The notes beneath the pieces were generated by a model. The model was not told the origin of the DNA. It ran no database searches and saw only the letters and a list, made by a program, of their open reading frames with translations. Positions 29,312 through 38,974 of a DNA stretch of 64,000 nt are shown piece by piece. This DNA comes from an uncultured Planctomycetia bacterium (GTDB lineage Bacteria > Omnitrophota > Gorgyraeia > Taenaricolales > CAZCCH01). The translations under genes and the position numbers were made by a program. The stretch covers positions 18,307 through 82,306 of the forward strand of contig CAZCCH010000004.1 in NCBI GenBank assembly GCA_964497315.1. The letters are read 5' to 3'. Every line of letters starts with the position of its first letter. Positions within the stretch are counted from its first letter, which is position 1.

Positions 29312-31422
29312 AATTCAACCCTTGTTAATTCCATATTGGCGCAATGGTTAACTACCTCGGCAGGTGTGGTAACCCAAGCTTTCGTATCTTTAGTAACAAT
29401 TTCCAAAAAACTTCTATATATATCAAAAATCTTTCCTTTCATGCCAAAGTGAGAATCTGGATGTATATTTAAAGTAGCCAAGCCACCCATTTCCTTTATC
29501 CAGCTTAATTTATTAAGCCATAATTTCAAAATTTCCTCTGGTGTCTTTTTCAAAAAAACACAAGTAGAGTCTTGTGGCAAGGTTAATGGTAATTCCATAA
29601 GTTTACCCAAACGATATGGAAAAATGCTGCAGCAACCGCTTCTATAAGGAGGCCTTGCAGAAATTTCAGTATCTGGGAATGTAGAATCGTATTCAAAAAA
29701 TTCTGAAATTGCACGCAATAAAGTCGGCGTCCTCAACAATGAAGGTGATCTAAAACCCTTCATGTTGTATTCCTTTATTGTATTTCGATATTTCTCTAAC
29801 CTAGAACATATCTCTGATTGCGAAAGATAAGGTAAACTTTCATCGTGGTTATCGCCATGACAGGCTACTTCATTTTCTCCTTTAAGTACTTCATGGAAAA
29901 ACCGCCCACCAAACTCTACATTCTTCAATACAACAAACCAGCAGGATTTAACACCAAATTCTGCTTCAAGGTGTAGGAATTTTTCTGCTGGCTTAAAACC
30001 TTTGTTTGTATCTATGTCATGCGTTAAACATACAGCATATTTTTTTTCTTCGGGCCATTTAATCTGACTAAGTTTACCTCTTATAGTCCTTTTTAGTAAA
30101 TCAACTGTTATGTCTTCAGGCCAATTTGGAAAGTTTACACGTTGTCTTTTTAAACTATGTAAACCTGTCAGCCACTGGGCAATCAAAACCCTTATTGAAC
30201 CAGGTACTAAATGATAGTGAAAAGGTAAGTATGAAGTCCAGGGTCTTTTGGATTTTAGGTATCTTTCTGCTAAGATGCAATCTATGGTATCATTTATGTC
30301 CAAATCAAGATTTAGTCTTTCTTTAAAGTTAACATATTTGGCAGGGATTCTCCGTAACGCCTCAAGCACCCCTTTGGTTATGCTCAAAGTTACCCTTGCC
30401 TTATTCAAGAATCTTACTTTATTAAACTGCTCTGCCAGTTTTACATCTGGACAAAAAATGATATCATAACGTTTTTTCTTTACACTGCTTCGCCATAGAC
30501 AGCGTAGATTAAAAAATTGTGCAGGAAAATCCATGGTACGTAAATCACTATGAGAAATATTATTAGATAAACCATTTCTAACTTGTGATTTGCTTGTAAA
30601 ATCTACAAAATTACCTTGCCTGGCTATTTCAAGGCATTTAAGATGAAAATCTCTTAAAAAATCTAAATCTGTGTTTGAAGTAACTGCCATAATTCTTAAT
30701 GGCCTGCCCCATTTTTGATAAAACCTTTGTCTACTCTCGTCAAATTTCTTCTGGCGGTCACTTAATTTTTGAACAGATTTGTGTTCATAATGATGAACGT
30801 AAGCACCCTTTGCAATTACACAAATAAACCCAATCTCTTTGGCCCTATAAGAATAATCTGTATCTTCAAAAAAGAACCCACTTAAAAAATCATCTAGATA
30901 TCCTATTTTTTCTATTAACTGGCGTTTAACCAACATGCAAAAACCTATCGTACTGCCGATTTCGCGAAATCCACCACCTTCTAACTTGAGTAGTTCTTTA
31001 GATAAAGTATCTACTGTCTCAGATCCCTTAAGGCAAATACCAAAGTTATTGCTATTTGGATTAACTATGCCTATGTCTTCCCTTAGGTTTGCAACCCGAA
31101 TCATTTCAGAAAGCCACCCCTTAGTTACTAAGGTATCATTATTGAGAATACAGGAAAAAGGTGCGCTTGAGGCCTTCAGTCCTACATTATTTCCACCTAC
31201 AAACCCGAGGTTTTCTTTATTCGTAATCAATTTAATTTCAACATGTTCTGTGGACTTAAGGTTTTGTAGGTATAGCTTAGTTAAATTATCGCTATTATTA
31301 TCTACAATAAGAAGGCGTGAGGGGCATGTGGTTTTTTTTAAGACGCTTTCAATGCAAGGCTTTGTATATTCAAGGTTATTCCAAACCAAAACTATAATAT
31401 CGCAAATAGGAGTTTTCTTCAT
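29308..31422 (-). CDS. Bifunctional GT2 glycosyltransferase (N) plus ArnD/NodB-like polysaccharide deacetylase/deformylase domain (C).
   Basis: The product is 704 aa. The N-terminal ~360 aa are colinear with the 21688 GT2. The C-terminus carries the CE4/ArnD-type motifs CLTHDIDTNKG (compared with ArnD RIDVDT) and VACHGDNHD. Confidence 0.65.
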   Translation of the reverse strand: MKKTPICDIIVLVWNNLEYTKPCIESVLKKTTCPSRLLIVDNNSDNLTKLYLQNLKSTEHVEIKLITNKENLGFVGGNNVGLKASSAPFSCILNNDTLVTKGWLSEMIRVANLREDIGIVNPNSNNFGICLKGSETVDTLSKELLKLEGGGFREIGSTIGFCMLVKRQLIEKIGYLDDFLSGFFFEDTDYSYRAKEIGFICVIAKGAYVHHYEHKSVQKLSDRQKKFDESRQRFYQKWGRPLRIMAVTSNTDLDFLRDFHLKCLEIARQGNFVDFTSKSQVRNGLSNNISHSDLRTMDFPAQFFNLRCLWRSSVKKKRYDIIFCPDVKLAEQFNKVRFLNKARVTLSITKGVLEALRRIPAKYVNFKERLNLDLDINDTIDCILAERYLKSKRPWTSYLPFHYHLVPGSIRVLIAQWLTGLHSLKRQRVNFPNWPEDITVDLLKRTIRGKLSQIKWPEEKKYAVCLTHDIDTNKGFKPAEKFLHLEAEFGVKSCWFVVLKNVEFGGRFFHEVLKGENEVACHGDNHDESLPYLSQSEICSRLEKYRNTIKEYNMKGFRSPSLLRTPTLLRAISEFFEYDSTFPDTEISARPPYRSGCCSIFPYRLGKLMELPLTLPQDSTCVFLKKTPEEILKLWLNKLSWIKEMGGLATLNIHPDSHFGMKGKIFDIYRSFLEIVTKDTKAWVTTPAEVVNHCANMELTRVEL

Positions 31423-31447
31423 TAAATGTTTTCTTGCTTAAAACTTT

Positions 31448-33271
31448 TTAAATATCTCTAAACTGCATATCATACAACTTCTTATACAATCCATCTGTTT
31501 CCATAAGGTCGTCGTGTTTTCCAATGGCTTCTATTTTACCTTTTTCCAACACAATAATCTTATCTGCATTACGCACAGTAGATAACCTATGGGCTATAAC
31601 AAAAACGGTTCTGTTCTTCATTAATTTATTAAGGGCTTCTTGAACTAATTGTTCCGATTCAGTATCTAACTGAGAGGTAGCTTCATCCAAAATTAGTACA
31701 GGCGGGTTTTTCAACAATGCCCGTGCGATTGACAACCTTTGCCTTTCTCCTCCTGAAATAGTATGCCCCCTATCTCCTATAAACGTATCGTAGCCCTCTG
31801 GGAATTTTGTTATAAAATTATGCGCATTAGCAGCTCTGGCTGCGTTTATAACGTCTTTCTCCGATGCATCTTCTCTGCCATAGGAAATATTGGCAAAGAT
31901 TGTATCATTAAACAATATTGTTTCCTGAGTAACTAAACCTATTTGTGCACGTAGTGAATCTAAGCTAGCAACTCTTATATCCTGGTTATCTACTAATATT
32001 CTTCCTGATGTAGGATCGTAAAAGCGAGGGATTAAATTTACAAAGGTGCTCTTGCCTGCACCGCTTGGTCCTACGATAGCGATGATTTCACCTTTTTTAA
32101 CTTCGATAGATATAGAGTCTAAGGTCGGTTTTGTATCATAGCTAAAATTAACGTTATCAAAAACTATTTTTTCATGTAATGGTTTTAGCTTAACTGCACG
32201 CTTTGCCTCTATCACTGTGGGCTTTTCATCTAGGATATGATATACCCTCTCACTCGCTGAAATTGCCTGTTGGTTTATCATATGAACTTTACTGAGACGT
32301 TTTATTGGTCTTATTAATGAAAGCAAGGCTGCCAAAAAGGCGATAAATGCTCCTGGGCTTAAGCCTTCATATATAACCTGTTTTCCACCAAGCCACAAAA
32401 CTACTGCTACAGCTAACATGCTCAAAAATTCCGTAATAGGCCTTACGGAATTCATCCTTTTAACGGATTTCATCGAAAGTCTGTAAAATTTCTGGTTTTC
32501 TTTGCGGAATTTTTCAGATTCAGATTTCTCCATAGTAAAGGCTTTGACAACCTGCATACCAGATATAGCCTCAAGCAAAAGGGAATTTATATCTGCTGTC
32601 TTTACCTGGCTTTGCGTAGTAATTCTTTTTAGGCGGCTGCCTATTTTTATAATTGGATAAGCCATTAAAGGGAGCAGGGCAGCTATAATAAATACAAAAC
32701 TCCAGGAAATTGAGAAGTAATTTCTAATCACAAGAAGCATTGTTAAATACACTAAAAATTGCACTGGCTGATAAAATATTTCAGTTAAACCCTCAGCAAT
32801 TGCCTGCTGTATCAAAGCGGTATCATTGGTTATCCTACTCATTAGAGTAGCAGTTTTATTACGATGATAAAAATTCATGGATAACCCCAGTAATTTGTTG
32901 TAAATTCTATTTTGAACATCCCTCACTGACCTTTTGCTGGCAGCTACCATCAAATAAGAATGAGCAAATACAAGGACTTCCTTAAGCACAACCATGCCCA
33001 TAACAATTAATATGATATAGTTTAATAGAGTACCTCGTGGCAGGGTATTGATTTTATTCACTAACCCCTTGACTATTTCTGGTATGGCATTAGAATTTGG
33101 TAAGATAATTTCTTTACCGGCAAGTATCTTATCTACCAATGGAATTATCATGCCCACAGAAACACCATCAAACAGCGATGACAAAATCATACATACCACC
33201 GCAAATGCCAGAATTTTGGTGTGGGGACCTATGAATTTTAACATGCGAAAATAATTTTTGATATTAATCAT
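31448..33271 (-). CDS. ABC transporter, fused permease/ATPase, MsbA-like lipid/glycolipid exporter.
   Basis: The product is 607 aa. Six predicted TM helices are followed by a Walker A GPSGAGKST, the ABC signature LSGGERQRLSIARAL and a Walker B ILDEATS. Confidence 0.85.
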   Translation of the reverse strand: MINIKNYFRMLKFIGPHTKILAFAVVCMILSSLFDGVSVGMIIPLVDKILAGKEIILPNSNAIPEIVKGLVNKINTLPRGTLLNYIILIVMGMVVLKEVLVFAHSYLMVAASKRSVRDVQNRIYNKLLGLSMNFYHRNKTATLMSRITNDTALIQQAIAEGLTEIFYQPVQFLVYLTMLLVIRNYFSISWSFVFIIAALLPLMAYPIIKIGSRLKRITTQSQVKTADINSLLLEAISGMQVVKAFTMEKSESEKFRKENQKFYRLSMKSVKRMNSVRPITEFLSMLAVAVVLWLGGKQVIYEGLSPGAFIAFLAALLSLIRPIKRLSKVHMINQQAISASERVYHILDEKPTVIEAKRAVKLKPLHEKIVFDNVNFSYDTKPTLDSISIEVKKGEIIAIVGPSGAGKSTFVNLIPRFYDPTSGRILVDNQDIRVASLDSLRAQIGLVTQETILFNDTIFANISYGREDASEKDVINAARAANAHNFITKFPEGYDTFIGDRGHTISGGERQRLSIARALLKNPPVLILDEATSQLDTESEQLVQEALNKLMKNRTVFVIAHRLSTVRNADKIIVLEKGKIEAIGKHDDLMETDGLYKKLYDMQFRDI

Positions 33272-33298
33272 TGCCGCGCCCTCTATTTGTATTAGAAG

Positions 33299-34180
33299 TT
33301 ACAATTGCAATTCTTTAAATTTAGTTCCAAAATTTCCACGAATTAGCTGGAACATTTCCTCAACGCGGTTGCGATATGTGTGGCTCTTAATAGCTTGTTC
33401 GTATCCATTTTTGGCAATTACCTCCCTTTTTTCTTCATGCGCTAAATAATAATCTATAAGTTTAAAAAGTTGCCGTCTGTTTTTATACATCACAAGATGC
33501 ATGTCATTTTGAAATCCTAATTCTTCTATGCGGCAATCTTCTATCCAATTGTTCAAAAGTAACGTTTGGCAACAAAGTATTTCAAAAAATCTCATATTAC
33601 ATCCAACCTTTTTCCCTCTGTGTCTTATTGCATAATTAAAACCTATTTTTGCAGATGAATAAATTTCATCCAACTGCTTGAAATCTGCCTTACCTATGAA
33701 ACTGTTAGGATATCTTTTTTTTAGGCGTCTTAACAATTTTGGCCTGTAGCCCTTGCCCTCTGTTCCAACAAAAGCTAGGTCATATTTCTTATCAGCTGCT
33801 CTGGGTTTGTGAACTGAGGGGTCACAGGCAAATGGTATCCAATAGGCATTAATTCCTAGTCTTTGCATCTGTTGTGCGCTTTGTTTGAGCGCACAAAATA
33901 CCAAGTCATAGTTAACCGCTTGTCTGACTATCTTTCTTGAGGGATGTTTTAAGTGTGTATCCAACGCCCAGAAAACCTTTGGTTTTAAATTAAGGGGTAA
34001 ATCATGTTGATAATCACCATGGTCTATCCTGCAATACAAATCATACTCTGGCTGAATATTACCAACATCACTGGTGTTAAAATGATCTACCTTAAGATGT
34101 GGGCTATCCTTTAGGATCCTTTCTATATAAAAACCCGTAGTTCCTTCTCTGTCTTTGTTAAAAACCAATGCTATTTTCAC
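33299..34180 (-). CDS. CgeB-like putative glycosyltransferase (DUF3880 / Glyco_trans_1_2-type C-domain).
   Basis: The product is 293 aa. It has YDLAFVGTEGKGYRPKLL and a C-terminal E..REVIAKNGYEQAIKSHTYRNRVEEM region typical of CgeB-family proteins. Confidence 0.45.
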   Translation of the reverse strand: MKIALVFNKDREGTTGFYIERILKDSPHLKVDHFNTSDVGNIQPEYDLYCRIDHGDYQHDLPLNLKPKVFWALDTHLKHPSRKIVRQAVNYDLVFCALKQSAQQMQRLGINAYWIPFACDPSVHKPRAADKKYDLAFVGTEGKGYRPKLLRRLKKRYPNSFIGKADFKQLDEIYSSAKIGFNYAIRHRGKKVGCNMRFFEILCCQTLLLNNWIEDCRIEELGFQNDMHLVMYKNRRQLFKLIDYYLAHEEKREVIAKNGYEQAIKSHTYRNRVEEMFQLIRGNFGTKFKELQL

Positions 34181-34183
34181 GAT

Positions 34184-35293
34184 TTAAGAACCAACTATGT
34201 CTGTAAGTTGAGAGATAACATATTCAATCTCAATTTTTGTTAGACCAGGATATATGGGAAGTGAGATAACCTCTCTGCATAGTTTTTCTGCAACTGGGAA
34301 TTTCCCTTTCTTATATCCTGAATCCCTGTATGCGCCTTGGAGATGCAAAGGTATTGGATAATGTACCAATACCTTGATCCCTCTTTTAGAAAGTTCTTTG
34401 ATAACGTGATTACGCCTAGGCACTCTCACTACATACTGATGATATACATGTTTTGCATATGGTGCTTCTAGTGGGGTAATCACATTAGCCTTTGATCTTG
34501 TGAATAATTTATTGTAAATTTTTGCATTTAATCTTCTTTTGTTATTCCATTCGTCCAATTCATTCAACTTTATATTCAATATAGCTGCTTGAATAGAATC
34601 AAGGCGCGAATTGTAGCCTTTTATCATATGTTCATATTTTGACTTTCTGCCATAATCCCTTAAAAGCAACAATTTTTTATATATCTTGCTGTTATTGGTA
34701 ACTGCTACTCCGGCATCTCCATATGCACCTAGGTTTTTGCCTGGGTAAAGACTGAAAGCACCTATATCCGAAAAGCGCCCTACCTTTTTACCTTTATATT
34801 TTGCACCATGGGCTTGAGAAGCATCTTCGATTATCTTCAGGCCATGCCTTCTAGCTATTTTTCTGACAGAATCCATATCGCACGGTTGGCCGTATAGATG
34901 GACTGGTATAATTGCCTTTGTCTTTTTTGTGATAGCCTTTTCTATTTTATCTACATCTATGTTGTATGTTATTGGATCAGCATCTACTAGCACTGGCCTG
35001 GCACCGGTAAAGGAAATAGCCAATGCAGTAGCTATATAAGTATTCGCTGTAGTAATTACTTCATCGTTTGCGCCTATGCCTAATGCTAGAAGCGACAAAA
35101 ACAAAGACTCTGTACCGTTTGCCACTCCTACTGCATATCTAACACCGCAATATTTGGCAAATCGCTCCTCAAATATCTTAACATCAGGACCAAGTATAAA
35201 GGAACCCTTAGCTATTGCCTTCTTTACAGAAGATTCTATCTGTTTAGAAACTTTTGCGTCCTGTTTTTTTAAATCCATAAAAGCTACCTTCAC
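34184..35293 (-). CDS. DegT/DnrJ/EryC1/ArnB-family PLP-dependent nucleotide-sugar aminotransferase.
   Basis: The product is 369 aa. It has FILGPDVKIFEERFAKYCGVRYAVGVANGTESL and the PLP lysine region DASQAHGAKYKGK. Confidence 0.85.
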   Translation of the reverse strand: MKVAFMDLKKQDAKVSKQIESSVKKAIAKGSFILGPDVKIFEERFAKYCGVRYAVGVANGTESLFLSLLALGIGANDEVITTANTYIATALAISFTGARPVLVDADPITYNIDVDKIEKAITKKTKAIIPVHLYGQPCDMDSVRKIARRHGLKIIEDASQAHGAKYKGKKVGRFSDIGAFSLYPGKNLGAYGDAGVAVTNNSKIYKKLLLLRDYGRKSKYEHMIKGYNSRLDSIQAAILNIKLNELDEWNNKRRLNAKIYNKLFTRSKANVITPLEAPYAKHVYHQYVVRVPRRNHVIKELSKRGIKVLVHYPIPLHLQGAYRDSGYKKGKFPVAEKLCREVISLPIYPGLTKIEIEYVISQLTDIVGS

Positions 35294-35916
35294 TTTTTAC
35301 CTCCTGTATATGGTTTTTGTCTTTTATTTAAACCTGTTACGCACTTCAACTTTCTAACATCCTTCCTAACGCGTGCAGGATTTCCGTAAACCAGGGCATT
35401 CTTAGGAACATCTTTGGTGACTACACTCCCTGCGCCTATTAGACTATTCTCACCTATTTTCACAAAAGGCAAAATAGTTACATTTACCCCAATCTTGGCA
35501 TTCTTTTTTATAACAGGTCCTCTTTGGCATTCTCTTGAAAGCCTGCACCCAGGATGTATATCATTGGCTATGGTTACGCCCGGCGCTAAAAATACCCCAT
35601 CTTCTATTCTGGTATACTGTGCCACATAACAGTTTGAGTGTATTTTTACATCTTTTCCAATGTTACAGCCATAGTCAACAATAGAGTTGTTCCAAATTTT
35701 AAAATCATCTCCGATCTTATTCTCTTCTCTTATAACTACCCCATGACCTGTCTCTAAATTTTTACCTATGCTTGAGCCCTCATATACAACCGTTCCGCAT
35801 CTTATCTTGGCGTTTTTACCTATGCGGAGCATGCGATTCTTTATCTTCCTTGGGCAGGCATAGCCTATCTTTACGTCATCATCAATCTTAGAGGGTTTTA
35901 CGATACTAACCTTCAT
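35290..35916 (-). CDS. Left-handed beta-helix (hexapeptide-repeat) sugar N-acetyltransferase, WbpD/PglD-like.
   Basis: The product is 208 aa. Repeated [LIV]G..xx hexapeptides are visible across the length (for example IGKNLETGHGVVI and IGKDVKIHSNCYV). Confidence 0.8.
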   Translation of the reverse strand: MKVSIVKPSKIDDDVKIGYACPRKIKNRMLRIGKNAKIRCGTVVYEGSSIGKNLETGHGVVIREENKIGDDFKIWNNSIVDYGCNIGKDVKIHSNCYVAQYTRIEDGVFLAPGVTIANDIHPGCRLSRECQRGPVIKKNAKIGVNVTILPFVKIGENSLIGAGSVVTKDVPKNALVYGNPARVRKDVRKLKCVTGLNKRQKPYTGGKK

Positions 35917-36989
35917 AGCTTTACCACCTTTCCTCTGTTTCTTAGAGATTCTTCGACGGCATTTATAACCCTCACAACATCCTCTCCGTTTTTGGCATCC
36001 GAAATTGGTGTATTTTTATTTTTAATACAATCTAAGAAATGCTGACATAATAACTTCACCGGTTCTTGCAAGTCAATCTTCGGACTTACTATGTCTCCGT
36101 CCCTAAGTATATACTGAAATTCTCCGAAATTATCATAGGGCTTATCCGTAGAAATGCCTTTTTGAAAAAACTTTATCTTTTCTAAGTTGTCTAAATCGTT
36201 AAAAACAATTCTAGCATCACTTCCAACTACCCGTACTTCCCTAACCTTATTGGAATCAGCCCAGGAAACATGTATGTTGGCTATAATATTATTCTCATAT
36301 ACTAAGTTGATAAAAGCTACGTCTTCACGTCCTTCCTTGAGATAAGTTCCTCCAATAGCAGAAACCTCAACTGGGTTACTATCTAAAAGGAAGGAAAATA
36401 TAGAAATATCATGGGGTGCTAAATCCCAAACGGCATTCACGTCTTCTCTTATAAGTCCTAAATGCGTCCGCGTAGAATGTAGGTAGTATATCTGGCCAAG
36501 TTTTCCTTCTTTTATGTATTCTTTCATCTTTGCAATAGCTGGATTATACAAAAAAGTATGGGATACCATCAGCATAACATTCTTTTTTTTTGATAGCCCG
36601 CCTAGTTCTTGACATTGCCTGTAATCAAGGGTCAGGGGTTTTTCTACTAAGGTATGCTTGCCTGCCGATATAGATTCCTTTGCAAGTTGGTAGTGAGTTT
36701 TTGTTGGGGTCGCTATCACAATCGCATGAATCTCATCGTTTGAAAGCAAATCTTTATAATCTGTTGTGGTATTAACATTATGAAACTGCTGTTTAATCTT
36801 TTTTAATTTACTTTTATCCAGGTCGCAGCAGAAAAGCACATCTAAGTCATCCAAAGAGTTGAAATTTCTGATATAGTTCGGTCCCCAATGTCCACAACCT
36901 ATGACGCCAACGTTAATCATTTCATATCCTCCTATTTCCTGCAAATTCCAATAAATCCCGCAAAATCCCTGCTCTTTCATTAAATACAC
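35913..36989 (-). CDS. Gfo/Idh/MocA-family NAD-dependent nucleotide-sugar oxidoreductase (WbpB/GnnA-like).
   Basis: The Rossmann opening is INVGVIGCGHWGPNYIRNF. The likely true start is the internal MINVGV Met near 36920, which removes the overlap with the upstream gene. Confidence 0.8.
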   Translation of the reverse strand: MYLMKEQGFCGIYWNLQEIGGYEMINVGVIGCGHWGPNYIRNFNSLDDLDVLFCCDLDKSKLKKIKQQFHNVNTTTDYKDLLSNDEIHAIVIATPTKTHYQLAKESISAGKHTLVEKPLTLDYRQCQELGGLSKKKNVMLMVSHTFLYNPAIAKMKEYIKEGKLGQIYYLHSTRTHLGLIREDVNAVWDLAPHDISIFSFLLDSNPVEVSAIGGTYLKEGREDVAFINLVYENNIIANIHVSWADSNKVREVRVVGSDARIVFNDLDNLEKIKFFQKGISTDKPYDNFGEFQYILRDGDIVSPKIDLQEPVKLLCQHFLDCIKNKNTPISDAKNGEDVVRVINAVEESLRNRGKVVKL

Positions 36990-37809
36990 TTAAGGCCCTT
37001 TTGCCATCTTGTACATATCCATGGAGGGTTTCTTTGGCCTTTTTCATTCCAAATATATTTATGAAATTTAGTGTCGTCTTATCTTGCTTGGTATGCTTCC
37101 CTAGCTTCCCATCTGAAACTGTAACACTTAAAATATCATCAGCCATCTGGAATGCAAGACCCAAGTTTCTCCCGTAGCTCTTTAGGGCATTTAGCTCTTT
37201 AACTTTAGCATCACAAAGAAGTCCTGCCATCTCGCAACACGATATAAAAAGAGAGGCTGTCTTTTTAAAATGTATATCCTTGATAGCCTTCTTGCTTATC
37301 CTTTTAGACTTTGTCTTTAGATCTTCAAATTGTCCCGCTGTAACACCTGCTACGCCCATCGCGCCAGAAATGGAACTTATCAGTTTCTTTGCTGTTAGTA
37401 TATTAACTTTACGTCGCCCTAAATCTTTCACCATTAAATCAAATGCCAGCATTTCCAATGCATAGGAAGCTAAAATAGCTGTGCTTTCTGAAAATTTTAT
37501 ATGGGTAGATGGTACGCCTCTTCTAAGATTCGAATTGTCCATACAGGGTAAATCATCTAGTATTAATGTGGATGTGTGTAAAAGTTCCACTGCACAAGCA
37601 AAGGCCAAAACCCTAGCTTTGTCTTTGCCTAACATATCTGCTATTGTCAGCATCAATATAGGTCTGATCCTTTTGCCACCAGATAACATTGAATGATTTA
37701 AAGATTTATATAAATCTTTGGGGGAAGCTGTTTTTAGTGATAAAAGATATTTTCTAATAGCTGTATTTACATAAGCTCGATCTTTTTTAAAGATCTGCTG
37801 TATCTTCAT
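36922..37809 (-). CDS. trans-Polyprenyl diphosphate synthase (FPP/GGPP-synthase family).
   Basis: The product is 295 aa. It has the first aspartate-rich motif LILDDLPCMDN and the second FQMADDILS. Confidence 0.8.
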   Translation of the reverse strand: MKIQQIFKKDRAYVNTAIRKYLLSLKTASPKDLYKSLNHSMLSGGKRIRPILMLTIADMLGKDKARVLAFACAVELLHTSTLILDDLPCMDNSNLRRGVPSTHIKFSESTAILASYALEMLAFDLMVKDLGRRKVNILTAKKLISSISGAMGVAGVTAGQFEDLKTKSKRISKKAIKDIHFKKTASLFISCCEMAGLLCDAKVKELNALKSYGRNLGLAFQMADDILSVTVSDGKLGKHTKQDKTTLNFINIFGMKKAKETLHGYVQDGKRALSVFNERAGILRDLLEFAGNRRI

Positions 37810-37882
37810 TTAAATCTCCAATTACTAGTTAACCTTTTCTCAGACTTCAAGAATAATCCTCTGATCTCTACCGGTTTACTTT

Positions 37883-38971
37883 TTAATCGTTTTTTAACTT
37901 AAGCAGCTGTTGTGCCGCTTTTATGGTTTCATCAAAATTTATAGAATTAAGGCAAATCTGATTATTGCATTTCTCATTGAATCTAAATTTTTCATAACAA
38001 GGTCTGCACTCTACATCAGCCTTTATTACAATATGATTAGGACTTGGTGGATATGGTCCGTATACAATTTCATCTACAGGTCCAAAAACTGAAACAGTCT
38101 TAGTCTCTACGGCTACTGATAAATGGAGTGGACCGCCATCATTACATATTAAAAGATTGCACTCACTAAGAAGACCGGCAAACTGCCTAAGGTCTGTCTG
38201 TCCACATAGATTAGTCGCATTGAATGACATAGAATTGGCCATTTCCTGGCAAATATCTGTCTCATTTCGGGTTCCAAAAATGATAATCTTGGCATCATGT
38301 TTGGATATTAGTATATCTGCCAGTTTTGCAAAGTTTTCATACGACCAATGCTTGTAAGGAGCTTGCTCTCCCCAGCTTGCTCCTCCTGCAGGAGCAAAAC
38401 CAATTACTAAATCTCCCTGCTTTATCTCTTTGTCCTGCAAGAAATCTCTTGCCTCTTTTTTTTCCTGTTCACTCAAATAAACGCTTAAGTTCTCCCCCGC
38501 CTTTGAATGAAAATCACCCAGAGATTCTAAAAGTAAATTATAGTATTCAACCATATGCCTATTGGAATATCCATCTATTTCTACTTTCGATGTTAAAAAC
38601 CTCCCCCTTCCCTTGAAATCATATCCAATCCTTTTAGGTATCCCTAAGAACATAAGGAAAAAACTATACTGACTGTTTAAAGAAAAATCAAAAACAACAT
38701 CAAAGTGTTCGTTTTTAATTTCACTTAAGAAACCCTTGAGTTTTTTTAAAAAATCTATCTTGGAATTTTTCCACAGGCTTCTATATTCATCCTTTTCAAA
38801 GATCCATATTTTATCTATTGCTGGATTATTAACAAGCAAAGGTTGTGTTCGTACATTACATATGTACCCTATAAAACTCTCAGCAAAGTTTTCTTTAAGC
38901 GCAGCAATAAAAGGTGTAGTAAAAAGAACATCTCCTATGCCGAAAGGGTTTAATATTAAAATTTTTTTCAT
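37883..38971 (-). CDS. GT9 ADP-heptose:LPS heptosyltransferase-family glycosyltransferase.
   Basis: The product is 362 aa. The N-terminus KKILILNPFGIGDVLFTTPFIAALKE matches the GT9 opening. The GT-B C-terminal half includes the CNDGGPLHL region. Confidence 0.75.
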   Translation of the reverse strand: MKKILILNPFGIGDVLFTTPFIAALKENFAESFIGYICNVRTQPLLVNNPAIDKIWIFEKDEYRSLWKNSKIDFLKKLKGFLSEIKNEHFDVVFDFSLNSQYSFFLMFLGIPKRIGYDFKGRGRFLTSKVEIDGYSNRHMVEYYNLLLESLGDFHSKAGENLSVYLSEQEKKEARDFLQDKEIKQGDLVIGFAPAGGASWGEQAPYKHWSYENFAKLADILISKHDAKIIIFGTRNETDICQEMANSMSFNATNLCGQTDLRQFAGLLSECNLLICNDGGPLHLSVAVETKTVSVFGPVDEIVYGPYPPSPNHIVIKADVECRPCYEKFRFNEKCNNQICLNSINFDETIKAAQQLLKLKND

Positions 38972-38974
38972 AAA

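Noticed and set aside
29308-31422. Interpreting the 704-aa fusion as ArnC fused to ArnD.
   Set aside because: Its GT2 half resembles WbbL-type GT2s (paralogue of 21688) rather than the ArnC family. The genuine ArnC-like gene is 49215..50186. Only the C-terminal half is ArnD/NodB-like, so the fusion is described generically as GT2 plus deacetylase or deformylase.
33299-34180. The N-terminal REGTTGF in the CgeB-like protein, superficially resembling the sulfotransferase 5'-PSB motif K-x-GTT.
   Set aside because: It is not a P-loop-like K-[ST]-GTT context. No 3'-PB (RDP...R...S) motif follows. The rest of the protein aligns as a CgeB/GT1-type domain. Hence it is not called a sulfotransferase, and the absence of a recognisable sulfotransferase in the window is recorded instead.
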